Part shown: piece after piece, positions 48,197 through 58,780 of the stretch
Position numbering within the stretch: position 1 is the first letter of the stretch
Layout: the number at the start of each line of letters is the position of its first letter
Sequence record: SRR31156797_505
Direction: 5' to 3' (one strand)
DNA length: 64,000 bases
Made by a program: the position numbers and the translations under genes
The notes under the pieces: generated by a model
Told to the model about the DNA's origin: nothing
Database searches by the model: none
Seen by the model: the letters and a program-made list of their open reading frames with translations, nothing else

Positions 48197-49565
48197 ATTA
48201 ATAATAATTGTGGACGATGAGCAGGAGATAACCCGATCGTACGAGATATTTCTTCGTAAATTTGGACACTCAAACTATAAACTTTTCAACTCGCCAGGAG
48301 ACTGCCTTAAATCTCTGGATGATGAAGAGCCTGCGGTTATCTTTCTGGATCTTCGTATGCCTGGGATGAACGGTGAGGAACTCCTCGCTGAGATAAATGG
48401 GCGATATTGCAACACGTCTATCTTTATAGTATCCGGAACCGAAGAGGTGGAAACTGCTGTCAGGTGCATAAAGAATGGCGCCTTGGACTATCTCGTTAAG
48501 CCGATAGACAAAGACAGATTTCACACAGCAATACTGAAGGGTCTTGAGGTTTACGGTATAAAGAGCGAACTGCTGAGCATTAAAAGAGGGCTTCACGGTT
48601 CGGACGGCGTAAATCTCGCATTTCAGAATATTATCACAAGAGATAAGGCTATGAGCCGGATGTTCAATTACATAGAGGCTGTTTCAGAAGCTGATAATTC
48701 TATACTTATTACCGGTGAAACAGGGACAGGTAAAGATTTACTAGCTGAGGCGGCACATAAATGCAGTGGTCGTGAAGGTGATTACATCCCTGTAAATGTC
48801 TCTGCTCTAGATGAAAATATGTTCAACGATACTCTCTTCGGGCATAAGAAGGGGGCTTTCACCGGAGCAGATAAGGAGCGTGCCGGTCTGTTGAGTAAGG
48901 CGGACAGCGGTACGATTTTCCTGGATGAGATTGGCGATCTGAAAGAGTCGTCACAGATAAAACTTTTAAGAGTAATTCAGAACAGAGAGTATATGCAGAT
49001 AGGCTCTGATGTCCCGAAAAGGACTAACGCCAGGATCATCGCAGCCACTAATGCTGACCTGAGACAGAAGGTGGAAGAGGGGAGCTTCAGGCAGGATCTG
49101 TTTTATCGTCTGTCAGCTCATACTGTTTCAATACCGGCGCTTCGTGAGCGTAAAGCTGACATTGAAATGCTATTTCACTACTTTTATGTCCGTGAGCTGA
49201 ACAACCTTGGGCTTGAATCAGAAGATATACCGAGAGACTTTCTCGTTGCCTTAAGCGGACACAGCTTTCCGGGGAATGTCCGTGAGCTTGAATCCGTAAT
49301 AGCTGACTATGTAATCCTTTATAAGAATAGTAAGATAACGAAAACTGAGCTTAAGAATTTTCTTTCTGATCATAACGTCAGACCGATCACATATAAACAG
49401 GCTGATGATACTGATTTCGAATTTAAGGGGAGCTTCCCTACATTCAAAGAGATGGAGAAGGTTCTCATCGAAGAGGCTTTAAGGCGTACCGGCGGAAATC
49501 AGAGCAGAGCAGCATCTATGCTAGGCATCTCTCGTCAGGCGATGAACAAGAGGCTAAACGGTTAG
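48183..49565 (+). CDS. NtrC-family sigma54-dependent response regulator
   Basis: [31 protein letters not shown], Fis-type HTH; start 48183 or 48186. Confidence 0.95.
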   Translation: MMENELIIIVDDEQEITRSYEIFLRKFGHSNYKLFNSPGDCLKSLDDEEPAVIFLDLRMPGMNGEELLAEINGRYCNTSIFIVSGTEEVETAVRCIKNGALDYLVKPIDKDRFHTAILKGLEVYGIKSELLSIKRGLHGSDGVNLAFQNIITRDKAMSRMFNYIEAVSEADNSILITGETGTGKDLLAEAAHKCSGREGDYIPVNVSALDENMFNDTLFGHKKGAFTGADKERAGLLSKADSGTIFLDEIGDLKESSQIKLLRVIQNREYMQIGSDVPKRTNARIIAATNADLRQKVEEGSFRQDLFYRLSAHTVSIPALRERKADIEMLFHYFYVRELNNLGLESEDIPRDFLVALSGHSFPGNVRELESVIADYVILYKNSKITKTELKNFLSDHNVRPITYKQADDTDFEFKGSFPTFKEMEKVLIEEALRRTGGNQSRAASMLGISRQAMNKRLNG

Positions 49566-49900
49566 ATTTTTTTTACGAATTCAGACTTCAGCTTCATCGC
49601 ACCTATGCCGTCGATTTTGCAGTCTATGTCGTGGTCGCCGTCTACGAGGCGGATGTTCTTAACCTTTGTCCCTACCTTTACAACTGATGATGAGCCTTTA
49701 ACCTTAAGGTCTTTTATAACCGTAACACTATCGCCGTCGTTAAGCTCATTACCGTTGGAATCTCTTATTATCTTTGATTCTTCCGCTTCAGCATTTTCAG
49801 CTACAGTCCATTCGTGAGCGCATTCAGGGCAAACAAGTAATCCTCTGTCTTCGTATGTATATTCGCAATTGCATTTAGGGCAGTTTGGAAGTTCGCTCAT
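49562..49900 (-). CDS. yjdM: PhnA/YjdM zinc-ribbon protein
   Basis: [39 protein letters not shown]. Confidence 0.92.
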   Translation of the reverse strand: MSELPNCPKCNCEYTYEDRGLLVCPECAHEWTVAENAEAEESKIIRDSNGNELNDGDSVTVIKDLKVKGSSSVVKVGTKVKNIRLVDGDHDIDCKIDGIGAMKLKSEFVKKI

Positions 49901-50019
49901 TAAAATATCCTCATAATTTTTGATGCATACTAGCAGAGAGGGGGGAGTATTTCAATAACCCTTGATAATTTCACTCTTTCTTAATAAAATAGATAAGATT
50001 TGTCTTTTTAGGAGGATTT

Positions 50020-50433
50020 ATGAAGCATTTAGTTTTCTATGAAAAGCCGGGCTGTCTCGGTAATAAACGGCAGAAAGAGAGCCTTACGAATGAAGGGTTT
50101 ACGCTTGAGGTCAGATCAATTTTAGACGAAGATTGGAACAGTAATAACCTGAAGCCTTTTTTAGAAGCGCGTCCTGTAGCAGAGTGGTTTAATGTTACAG
50201 CACCCGCAGTTAAAAATGGTGAGGTCAAGCCGGAGATGTTAAATGGGGATGAGGCGCTGGAGATAATGATCCTCGACCCTATACTTATCCGTCGCCCCCT
50301 CATCGATTATAATGGTAGAAAGAGCTGTGGTTACGACGATTATGTAATGTATGATGTACTTGGACTTTCGAAGGGTGAGATAGATATGGAGAAGTGTCAG
50401 ACAAAGGATGATGACTGTCATCCGGATAAATAA
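50020..50433 (+). CDS. ArsC/Spx-family protein (nitrogenase-associated type)
   Basis: FYEKPGCLGN, WFN.TAP.VK.G, PILIRRPL. Confidence 0.78.
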   Translation: MKHLVFYEKPGCLGNKRQKESLTNEGFTLEVRSILDEDWNSNNLKPFLEARPVAEWFNVTAPAVKNGEVKPEMLNGDEALEIMILDPILIRRPLIDYNGRKSCGYDDYVMYDVLGLSKGEIDMEKCQTKDDDCHPDK

Positions 50434-50500
50434 GTTTAGCATATTAACTATATTTGCTTGCACTTTAAAATAATTTTGCATAAATATTATAACAAGTATT

Positions 50501-50529
50501 TTGACATGTGCTGTAAAATGATGTAGGTT
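50501..50529 (+). promoter_or_regulatory. Sigma70-type promoter for DAHP synthase
   Basis: TTGACA-N17-TAGGTT. Confidence 0.55.
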
Positions 50530-50562
50530 ATTTAAACTTAACTCGATTAAGGGAGAGTGAAC

Positions 50563-51615
50563 ATGTTTAAGAAAAGAGTTGAAAGCAGTAATTTGAACGT
50601 ACTCGAAGTATCGCCGATTATTGCTCCGCAATATATGAAGCAGGTATTTCCTATCCCAGTGGGTGGCGGTGTTTTTGTTAACAAATCAAGAGATGAGATA
50701 AGAGCAATACTTAACAGTGAGGACAAAAGGCTCCTTGCGGTTGTTGGTCCTTGCTCCATCCATGATACAGTTTCAGCTCTTGACTATGCGAGGCGTCTTA
50801 AAGCGCTTTCTGATAAGGTTAGTGACAAGATTCTAATCATCATGCGTGTATATTTTGAAAAACCTAGAACCACTGTCGGCTGGAAAGGACTTATTAATGA
50901 TCCTGACCTCGATGGTACACATGAGATTTCGAAAGGTCTCGGTATGGCTAGACAGCTTTACTGTTCAATAACAGAGATGGGGCTTCCTATCGCATCTGAG
51001 ATGCTAGACCCGATCACTCCGCAGTATCTGTCTGATATGATAAGCTGGGGTGCAATAGGAGCGAGAACTACTGAGTCGCAAACTCACAGAGAGATGGCGA
51101 GCGGTCTTTCTTTCCCTGTCGGTTTTAAGAATGGTACGGACGGCGGGCTTAAAATAGCCACTGACGCTATGGCTGCGGCCTGTCGTGAGCACAGCTTTCT
51201 CGGTATCAATAACGAAGGTCTCACTGCTATCGTTCATACAAAAGGTAATGCTAATGTTCATATCGTTCTCAGGGGCGGTAATGATGGACCTAACTACTCA
51301 GATAAAGATATTGAAAACACCATAGGGCTCCTCTCTAAAAACGATCTTCCGCCGGCTATTATGGTTGATTGCAGTCATGCAAACTCATACAAGGATCATA
51401 ACCGTCAGGAAGAGGTTCTCGACAGTGTCGTAGAGCAGATTAACAACGGACAGAAGGCTATCGCCGGTGTTATGATTGAGAGCAATATAAACGCAGGAAA
51501 CCAGAGTATTCCAGAGGATTTGACTCAGCTTGAGTACGGTGTTTCTGTTACGGATAAATGTGTGGATTGGGAAACAACAGAGAGAATGATTCTCGGTGCA
51601 TACGAAAAACTATAA
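50563..51615 (+). CDS. DAHP synthase, class I alpha (AroF/G/H family)
   Basis: GPCSIHD, RVYFEKPRTTVGWKG, GAIGARTTESQTHRE, VDCSHANS. Confidence 0.96.
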   Translation: MFKKRVESSNLNVLEVSPIIAPQYMKQVFPIPVGGGVFVNKSRDEIRAILNSEDKRLLAVVGPCSIHDTVSALDYARRLKALSDKVSDKILIIMRVYFEKPRTTVGWKGLINDPDLDGTHEISKGLGMARQLYCSITEMGLPIASEMLDPITPQYLSDMISWGAIGARTTESQTHREMASGLSFPVGFKNGTDGGLKIATDAMAAACREHSFLGINNEGLTAIVHTKGNANVHIVLRGGNDGPNYSDKDIENTIGLLSKNDLPPAIMVDCSHANSYKDHNRQEEVLDSVVEQINNGQKAIAGVMIESNINAGNQSIPEDLTQLEYGVSVTDKCVDWETTERMILGAYEKL

Positions 51616-51638
51616 AAAATTATATCTATAATATTTAG

Positions 51639-51668
51639 AAGCCTCTGCTGAAAAGTGGGGGCTTTTTT
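51639..51668 (+). terminator. Intrinsic terminator after DAHP synthase
   Basis: AAGCCTCTGCT-GAAA-AGTGGGGGCTT followed by a T tract. Confidence 0.8.
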
Positions 51669-52944
51669 ATTCAGCGGACTCGGACATTTTGAAGAACATT
51701 TTAAACTTAGCACCACGTTCAGTGTTTTTAAATTCAAGCTTTCCGCCGAATTTACTCTCGAGAATCCTTTTAACCATATTGAGACCAATCCCTGTGCCCG
51801 TTTCCTGTTTGGTGGTGAAGTACGGTTCGAATATCTTATCTTGTATCTCTTCCGGTATACCGCCGGCTGTGTCCGCTATGCTTATTATGAGGTTATCATT
51901 TTGGAGTCTGGTACAAATGAGGATCTCATCATTTTCGAAATATCTTTTTTCAGGGTCACGCATCTCAATCGCATCCCTTGCGTTATTCACTAGGTTGATA
52001 AGAACCTGCTTGAATTCGTTTTTGGAGCCTTTGATGATAGCTCCCTTGACGTCACAAGTTTCGCATGATGTTGTCTCATCAGGGCATTCGCAGACAATAT
52101 TGTTCAGAAAGAAAACATCGCTTAGCTCTGAAAAGTCTTTGAGGCAACAGGAATATTTAAGCTTGATACCATTCTTCGTGATGTAAGCACCTATCAGCCT
52201 GAGCACTTCAATAATCGACTCGCTCGCTCGGAAACTGGATTCCTTCCTGTCCGGTTTCAGATAGTTATGAAAGTCGTCAACAGTCTGGGTCATGTAGTTA
52301 AGCTGGCTCATGCCGCTTTCGATGCTGTCTGAGATTAATTCATCTTCCATGATTTCTTCGGACATGTCAGCAATGTTCTGAAAGCATGAACTGAGGATGT
52401 TAACTGGCTGCTTCCACTGGTGAGCCATGAAGCCCATCATCTCGCCGAAGGTTGCCATTTTAGACTGCTCAATAAGAAGCTCGTCTTTAGCTTCTCTCGC
52501 CTGCTTCTCTATGTGATAGAGGCTTTCCAGCTCTGAGGCTTGGCTTTTGATGAGAGCATTCTGCTCGTATAGTCTTTTAAATATTGTAACTTTCTGTTTG
52601 AGGATATCAGGGTTAACAGGTTTGAGGATATAGTCAACAGCTCCGCTTTTATACCCTTTTTCGATATATTTATTCTCTTTATTGAGTGCGGTGAGAAAGA
52701 TTATTGGGGTGTTTCTGGTTTTGGCATTACCACTCATCAGTTCTGCAGTTTCAAAACCGTCCATTACTGGCATCTGTACGTCAAGAAGCACAAGTGCAAA
52801 CTCGCTTTTTATCATATGAGTAAGGGCTTCGTTCCCGCTTTGTGCAGTAATAATATCGATGTCCAGTTCGTCGAGGATAGCTTCCATGGCTACTAAGTTT
52901 TCTAGCTTATCATCAACGACTAGAACCTTCGTGGTTCCTTGCAT
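51667..52944 (-). CDS. Hybrid REC-histidine kinase
   Basis: VDD..LDVQMP..KP, MAHQWKQP, NNARDA, PYFTTK..GTGIGL. Confidence 0.9.
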   Translation of the reverse strand: MQGTTKVLVVDDKLENLVAMEAILDELDIDIITAQSGNEALTHMIKSEFALVLLDVQMPVMDGFETAELMSGNAKTRNTPIIFLTALNKENKYIEKGYKSGAVDYILKPVNPDILKQKVTIFKRLYEQNALIKSQASELESLYHIEKQAREAKDELLIEQSKMATFGEMMGFMAHQWKQPVNILSSCFQNIADMSEEIMEDELISDSIESGMSQLNYMTQTVDDFHNYLKPDRKESSFRASESIIEVLRLIGAYITKNGIKLKYSCCLKDFSELSDVFFLNNIVCECPDETTSCETCDVKGAIIKGSKNEFKQVLINLVNNARDAIEMRDPEKRYFENDEILICTRLQNDNLIISIADTAGGIPEEIQDKIFEPYFTTKQETGTGIGLNMVKRILESKFGGKLEFKNTERGAKFKMFFKMSESAE

Positions 52945-52953
52945 ATAATCCTC

Positions 52954-53532
52954 TTATACAGACTCTAACATTTTTTCTTTAATAAATCTTGCGATTTCAT
53001 CTATATTGCCTATAAAATCCGGCTCTGATCTGTTTATGGCCTGGAAAGGCATAGTATCGTATTTCGCCTCATCTGGAGACTGCACTATTGTGCATCCGCC
53101 GTGTGTTTTCACTTTGGCAAGCCCTGCGCTTCCATCTTGGTTTGAGCCGGTGAGTATGACTCCGATCAGCTCTTCCCCGTATGCCTCAGCCGCAGATTCG
53201 AAAAGCACATCTATGGACGGTCGTGAGAAGTTTATCGGTTCGCTTGAGAGTAGCGTAATTGTCTTATCCCACTCGACAGTTGTGTGGTAATCCGCCGGAG
53301 CAAAATATATTACTCCCGGTAATATCGGTTCACCTGGTTCCGCCTCTTTTATCCTCAGCCCAGTTATAGCAGCCATCAGCCCAGCAAGAGAAGTCCCTTT
53401 GCGTAGGTGCTGGACAACGATCATTGGTATGTCAAGGTCATTACCGACTAATTCCATCAGCTTTGTAAAAGTATCTACACCGCCGGCAGATGTGCCAACG
53501 ACTATAGCCTTGTATTTTCTTATTAATCGCAC
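52954..53532 (-). CDS. Stand-alone CheB-type methylesterase (no receiver)
   Basis: GTSAGG, VQHL, RPSIDVLF, LTGSNQDG; probable GTG start at 53532. Confidence 0.88.
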   Translation of the reverse strand: MRLIRKYKAIVVGTSAGGVDTFTKLMELVGNDLDIPMIVVQHLRKGTSLAGLMAAITGLRIKEAEPGEPILPGVIYFAPADYHTTVEWDKTITLLSSEPINFSRPSIDVLFESAAEAYGEELIGVILTGSNQDGSAGLAKVKTHGGCTIVQSPDEAKYDTMPFQAINRSEPDFIGNIDEIARFIKEKMLESV

Positions 53533-54374
53533 GTTCTGTCGTACCTCAGCTGGTAGGTCTTCATATCTTCGCTGAGAGTGATAAAGCACTTTTCTGCATC
53601 TGTATATCTTATAGTTTCTTTACTGCCTAGGCACATGATGCCTCCGTTGCAGAGTGATTCTTTGAATAGTGACAAGACATTGTCCTGAAGCTCTTTATTA
53701 AAGTATATGAGCACGTTACGGCAGAGTATCAGGTGTATCTCACCGAAGACACCGTCTGAAGCCAGATTGTGATTAGCAAATACAATCTTTTCGCGCAGTG
53801 AGGAATCGAGCACAACATTATGATCGTCAGAAACGTAATAGTCGGAAAAAGAATTCAGACCGCCAGCCTGCTGATAGTTCTGTGTGTAGCTTTTGATATA
53901 GTCGAGAGAATATATCCCCTGTTCCGCTTTTCGAAGCACTTTATCGTTAAAGTCTGTTGCGTATATTTGTGTTTTTTCGTAAAGCCCGCACTCTTTCAGC
54001 ATGATCGCTAAAGAATAAACTTCTTCGCCAGTGGAACAACCTGCATGCCATATCTTAACAAAAGGGAAGGTCTTGAGAATGTCTAGTATTTCAGTTCTAA
54101 GATACTGATAGAACTTAGGGTCTCTAAACATCTCAGTGTAGTTTATTGAGAACTCATGGAGAACCATCTGTTTGAAAGCTGGGTCCCATATTATGTCGTG
54201 GATCATTTGTGAAATTGAGTCGTAGCCTTGCCTTGTTTTTATACCGTCGATACGGCGCTTTATATGCACCTTAGAATACTTGCGGAAATCATAGCCGTGT
54301 TTCCTGTAAAGCGCATCTAAGAATAACTCTATCTCAATTTTTTCGTTAGCGAATTCGTCTTTTTTATCTATCAC
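53523..54374 (-). CDS. CheR-type methyltransferase
   Basis: GYDFRKY, TEMFRDP, WHAGCSTGEE, CRNVLIYF. Confidence 0.92.
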   Translation of the reverse strand: MIDKKDEFANEKIEIELFLDALYRKHGYDFRKYSKVHIKRRIDGIKTRQGYDSISQMIHDIIWDPAFKQMVLHEFSINYTEMFRDPKFYQYLRTEILDILKTFPFVKIWHAGCSTGEEVYSLAIMLKECGLYEKTQIYATDFNDKVLRKAEQGIYSLDYIKSYTQNYQQAGGLNSFSDYYVSDDHNVVLDSSLREKIVFANHNLASDGVFGEIHLILCRNVLIYFNKELQDNVLSLFKESLCNGGIMCLGSKETIRYTDAEKCFITLSEDMKTYQLRYDRTCD

Positions 54375-57300
54375 TTATAAAGCCACACTCTGAGCAGGGA
54401 TAGGAGCTTATCGATATTTACAGGTTTTGCCATATATTCATTTGCACCAGCCTCAATGCACTTCGCTCTGTCGTTAGGCATAGCTTTGGCGGTTAGCGCA
54501 ATGATCGGTGTATCTTTTATACGGCTGTCCTCTCTTATCTTTCCTATAGCCTCATATCCGTCCATTATCGGCATCATAATATCCATGAGAACCAGATCAA
54601 TCTCATTATTTGCCTGTAGTTTTTCAACGGCTTCCTGTCCGTTTTCAGCCATCTCAACGATCAGCCCGTTCTCCTCCAGCATACTAGACAGGGCGAAAAC
54701 ATTTCTCATGTCGTCATCGGCGAGAAGTATTTTTTTGCCTTCGAGAACAGATTCGTTATCTTTGCTTTCGAGCATAGCACGCTTATTCTCAGGTAGATTT
54801 TTCTCTACCCTGTGGAGGAAGAGCGAAGTTTCAGCAAGGAGCCTCTCAGGTGATCTTGCACCCTTGATTATGATGCTTCCTGCATACTGTTGGAGGATAC
54901 GCTCCTCTTCGTGTGTGAGGTCTTTTCCTGTATAAATAATAACAGGTATGTCTTTTATGTTTTCGTTATTTTTGATTCGGTTAAGGAACTGTAGCCCGTC
55001 CATATCCTCTAGCCCGAGGTCTAAAATCATACAGTCGAACTCATTAGACATCAGATTTTTATATGCCGCCTCGCCAGTTGCGACAGCCGTGCTTACAACA
55101 TCGCCATTACCTATAAGCTCTACGATGCTCTGTCTCTGGATGTCGTTATCCTCTACGATAAGCAGGTTCTTTACAGCTTTCTCGAGAACATTTTCTATCC
55201 GTATGAAAGCATCATCTAATGTCGCAGTTGTGACAGGCTTCTGGAGGAAACCTATAGCTCCCATATGCATAGCCTTCATAGTATCCGCTGTTCCAGAGAT
55301 GAAGTGCACCGGTATGCTCTTTGTGTCCGGGTTGTCTTTTAGCCTCTTCATAACCTGAAATCCGTCCATTCCAGGGAGTGAGATGTCGAGTATGATCGCT
55401 TTAGGTTTATAGTAGTCCGCTAGGTGCAGCCCTTTCTCACCTGTGCTTGCGACTATAGGCTTGTAACCTCGGTCTTCCGCTATGTCCCATAAGATATTAA
55501 CAAAGCTTAGGTCATCCTCGATGATGAGGAGAGTGTTTTCTCCGATGAGGCTGTTATCGTGGTCTGATGTTTCAGATATCGTAGGTGATACGGCTTTTTC
55601 TTCTACGACCTCCTCTGCGGGGGCCTCTTCTGTTTCTATTGAGATTAGATCAACTTTTTCCGGTTTGGACTGCAATGCCGGCGTTTTAAGCGGAAGCTGA
55701 ACAAGGAATGTGCTACCTTCTCCTACTTCACTTGTGAGAGTAATATTACCGCCGAGCAGCCCGCATATTTTTTTACATATAGTAAGCCCCAGCCCTGTTC
55801 CGCCGTATTTTCTGCTTGTAGTACCGTCAACCTGTCTGAAAGCTTCGAAAATATGGTCAACCTTATCTTCTGGTATGCCGACACCTGTATCAGAGACAGA
55901 TATGTTGATCACCTCACCCGGTTTATATGCCACATCTGAGAGGGTAACTTCTTCGTCGCTAAGTTCTGTATGAAGAGTCACTCCCCCGTTTTCGGTGAAT
56001 TTAACAGCATTTGATAAGAGGTTTTTAATAACCTGACTGAGTTTAACACTGTCAGTGCTGATATTTTCAGGGAGTTTTTCAGAGTTTTCAAGGCTGAAAC
56101 TGATATCTTTATCTTTAGCCAGCGGCTGTATCTCACTCGCTATATCTCCGAGCATTTTAAAAAGACTGACTTCTTCTATATCAAGATCGAGCCTGCCCGC
56201 CTCTATTTTTGACAGATCGAGTATATCGTTGATAAGATGGAGAAGATTTGTTCCTGATTTATAGATTGTGTTTGCAAACTCTATCTGTTTCTCGTCGAGA
56301 TTCCCCTTCTTATCACTACCTAAAAGCTGAGAAAGGATGAGTATGCTGTTTAGCGGAGTTCTTAGCTCATGAGACATATTTGCAAGGAATTCTGATTTAT
56401 ACCTACTCGCTTCCTCTAGTGCCTGAGCTTTTTTGGTGATGTCTATCTGAGCTTGGGTGAGCATTGAGTTCTGCTTTTTGATCTCGTCACGCTGCTGCTC
56501 GATTGCGCTTGAACGCTCCTCAAGTTCCTCGTTAGTAACCCTGAGTTCTTCCTGCTGCTGCTGAAGTCGTTTCTCCGAAGCCTGAAGTAGTTTCGTCTGC
56601 TCTTCCAGCTCTTCGTTAGAGACTCTAAGCTCTTCCTGTTGTTGCTGAAGTTCCTCAGCCTGTTTCTGGGTTTGCTTGAGAAGCTCAGTGACTTTCGACT
56701 GGGATTTTGCCATATTCAGCGAAACTCCGGCATTCTCAGCTACTCTGTTGATGAGCTCCAGCGCTGCATCGGAGAAAGGCTTATCGCTACCCAGCTCTAT
56801 CACCCCTACAACTTCGTTGTTAAATGTGAGCGGTGTGATATAGAGCTCTTTCGGGTGTGCCTCACCTATGCTTGATCTTATTCTTATATAATTTTCCGGT
56901 ACATCAGTGAAAAGGGTGGGTTTGCCGCTTTCCGCTGTTCGTCCTATAAGTCCTTCACCCCACTCGAATTTAGTGGATAAAGGGAAGTCTCTGTCTGTCG
57001 AATATCCTGCGTATAACTCAAGTGTTTTTTTGCTGTTTACAATATATATGGAACCTATCATCGCTGATGTATAGGTGGCGAGATAGTCGATCATGGTTTT
57101 GGTCATTTTCTTGATGTCGTACTGACCTCGAATAGAATTATCAAGGTCGACAAGCCCAGACCTTAGCCACTTGCGTGCATTTTCATGGTCTTGTGCTTCA
57201 TTAAGGGTGACAACCATTTCGCACATCACTTTATATATGCCCGATGCATTTTCGTGGTCTAAATCAATATCAAGATTCCCCTTAGAAATCTGCTCGGCTA

Positions 57301-57976
57301 TTTCAGATAGCTCCTGAGGGTCTTTGCCTACCTGTTTGAGTATATTTTTACCGAAGAGCACAGCAGTGAATATACTGCCCATAACTACTAGGATTGCGTA
57401 AAAGGTGGTGTATATAAAGTCGCTTCTGCGTGCCTCTTTTGCTTCATTGATAAAATAATCAGCTTTAACATGGGAATAAGCCTTAAGGGCTTCGATGTCC
57501 TCTTCAAGCTTAAGCATAAACGTAGCGTATTTAGCTCTGGAGATACTCATCGCCTCTCTCTTCTTCCCTTCTTTTATGAGGTTTATAACTTTTGCTCTCA
57601 GTGGTCCCCAAGCATCAAATTCACGTTGCGCTTTTACGGCGAGGGCTTTACCCTCTTCGCCGAGGATACGCTCATGCACTATCGCTAGCTGCTGATAAAT
57701 TTTTGTTTCGTTCTGACTGATACTGTCTTCAATGATAAAAAATTGTTGTTTATCTTTAACGATGAGCAGCTCTTTCATAGATTTTTGCATTCGGATGATT
57801 CCATTCATAACTTCAAGTGAGGCGTTCGAGACTTTCAGAGGATGCTCATAGATGGTTTCTGAAATGTCGGCGAATTTTTCTTTTGTTATGAGAGCGTAAG
57901 CACAAAAAATTGTGAAAACGATGATAAAGCCAGTGAATATGGTGAAAAGTTTATGTTTGAGCGTGAGTGAGTTCAT
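54371..57976 (-). CDS. Membrane hybrid histidine kinase (4HB-HAMP-GAF-coiled coil-HK-3xREC)
   Basis: 2 TM, GAF (GEGLIG), FLANMSHELRTPLN, YGGTGLGL, three receivers; ATG 57976 after AGGGG. Confidence 0.92.
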   Translation of the reverse strand: MNSLTLKHKLFTIFTGFIIVFTIFCAYALITKEKFADISETIYEHPLKVSNASLEVMNGIIRMQKSMKELLIVKDKQQFFIIEDSISQNETKIYQQLAIVHERILGEEGKALAVKAQREFDAWGPLRAKVINLIKEGKKREAMSISRAKYATFMLKLEEDIEALKAYSHVKADYFINEAKEARRSDFIYTTFYAILVVMGSIFTAVLFGKNILKQVGKDPQELSEIAEQISKGNLDIDLDHENASGIYKVMCEMVVTLNEAQDHENARKWLRSGLVDLDNSIRGQYDIKKMTKTMIDYLATYTSAMIGSIYIVNSKKTLELYAGYSTDRDFPLSTKFEWGEGLIGRTAESGKPTLFTDVPENYIRIRSSIGEAHPKELYITPLTFNNEVVGVIELGSDKPFSDAALELINRVAENAGVSLNMAKSQSKVTELLKQTQKQAEELQQQQEELRVSNEELEEQTKLLQASEKRLQQQQEELRVTNEELEERSSAIEQQRDEIKKQNSMLTQAQIDITKKAQALEEASRYKSEFLANMSHELRTPLNSILILSQLLGSDKKGNLDEKQIEFANTIYKSGTNLLHLINDILDLSKIEAGRLDLDIEEVSLFKMLGDIASEIQPLAKDKDISFSLENSEKLPENISTDSVKLSQVIKNLLSNAVKFTENGGVTLHTELSDEEVTLSDVAYKPGEVINISVSDTGVGIPEDKVDHIFEAFRQVDGTTSRKYGGTGLGLTICKKICGLLGGNITLTSEVGEGSTFLVQLPLKTPALQSKPEKVDLISIETEEAPAEEVVEEKAVSPTISETSDHDNSLIGENTLLIIEDDLSFVNILWDIAEDRGYKPIVASTGEKGLHLADYYKPKAIILDISLPGMDGFQVMKRLKDNPDTKSIPVHFISGTADTMKAMHMGAIGFLQKPVTTATLDDAFIRIENVLEKAVKNLLIVEDNDIQRQSIVELIGNGDVVSTAVATGEAAYKNLMSNEFDCMILDLGLEDMDGLQFLNRIKNNENIKDIPVIIYTGKDLTHEEERILQQYAGSIIIKGARSPERLLAETSLFLHRVEKNLPENKRAMLESKDNESVLEGKKILLADDDMRNVFALSSMLEENGLIVEMAENGQEAVEKLQANNEIDLVLMDIMMPIMDGYEAIGKIREDSRIKDTPIIALTAKAMPNDRAKCIEAGANEYMAKPVNIDKLLSLLRVWLYK

Positions 57977-58124
57977 AAGCAGGTAACCCCTAAAAAGTGT
58001 TAGACACCGCATTTTCTGCACGAATCAATAATGTCTATTGTTTAAGAATTATACACTAACAAGTGAATTATTTCTACATTCTTATATATAAGAAATGGAA
58101 AGTGTTTTTATTGAATTAGTAATG

Positions 58125-58679
58125 TTATGAAATATAGCTGAGCTGCATGATAGCCTTGACGATAGAGTCTCCGATGCATTTGTAAGTGTGGTCGCAGTCA
58201 GCATGAAACTGAAGGAACTCTCCTGTGTTAATAGTGTATTTCTTCTCATCGAGTATCATCTGAAGGGTGCCTTCAGTGACAAAAACGTACTCTGTAACGT
58301 CCCCCTTGTGAGGCTCGCCTTTGAATGATGTTTCAGGGTCGATTTCGAAATAATAGGTTTCAAAGGGCATCGCCGGATCGAAAGGTATCAGAGGATAAAG
58401 CCTGTAGTGGTCACCTTCCGCCATAAGACCGGGTGAATCTTTAAAAGAGCGAACTTCAGCTTGAACTTCATTTTTACGGAGCAGTGCGGTAAATGATATG
58501 TGCAGCCCGTTTGCTATCTTCCATATTGTAGAGATCGTTGGGCTTGATTTACCTGTTTCGATCTGACGTAGCATACTTTTGCTCACATCTGTAAGCTCAG
58601 AAAGCTGATCAAGGCTGAGCCCTCTCTCCTCTCTGGTCGCTTTTAGGTTTGACGCTATGGCATCTACGGATTGTTTCAT
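58125..58679 (-). CDS. XRE-family HTH regulator with cupin domain (SutR/PuuR-like)
   Basis: SLDQLS..VSKSML.QIETGKSSPT, EPH..EYV, HTY. Confidence 0.9.
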   Translation of the reverse strand: MKQSVDAIASNLKATREERGLSLDQLSELTDVSKSMLRQIETGKSSPTISTIWKIANGLHISFTALLRKNEVQAEVRSFKDSPGLMAEGDHYRLYPLIPFDPAMPFETYYFEIDPETSFKGEPHKGDVTEYVFVTEGTLQMILDEKKYTINTGEFLQFHADCDHTYKCIGDSIVKAIMQLSYIS

Positions 58680-58780
58680 ATAACAAACACCTTGACAATA
58701 TATTGCTCAATGATTACTTTAACACTCAAAAGTATGCAATAGTGTACATGTGTATGTAAGACTTTTCAAGAGGCGTTTGA

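Noticed and set aside
56515-56655. CAG/CAA runs as a phase-variable microsatellite
   Set aside because: Short, mixed-codon and in frame; explained by the Gln/Glu coiled coil
2856-57695. Many 60-210 aa antisense or alternate-frame ORFs in the track (e.g. 5474-6043, 28960-29511, 37085-37720, 54456-54935)
   Set aside because: They lie within well-supported genes and show no recognisable motifs; treated as shadow ORFs
58692-58748. Imperfect palindromes between the XRE regulator and DMT transporter
   Set aside because: Plausible operator but too degenerate in AT-rich DNA to delimit; an ordinary divergon
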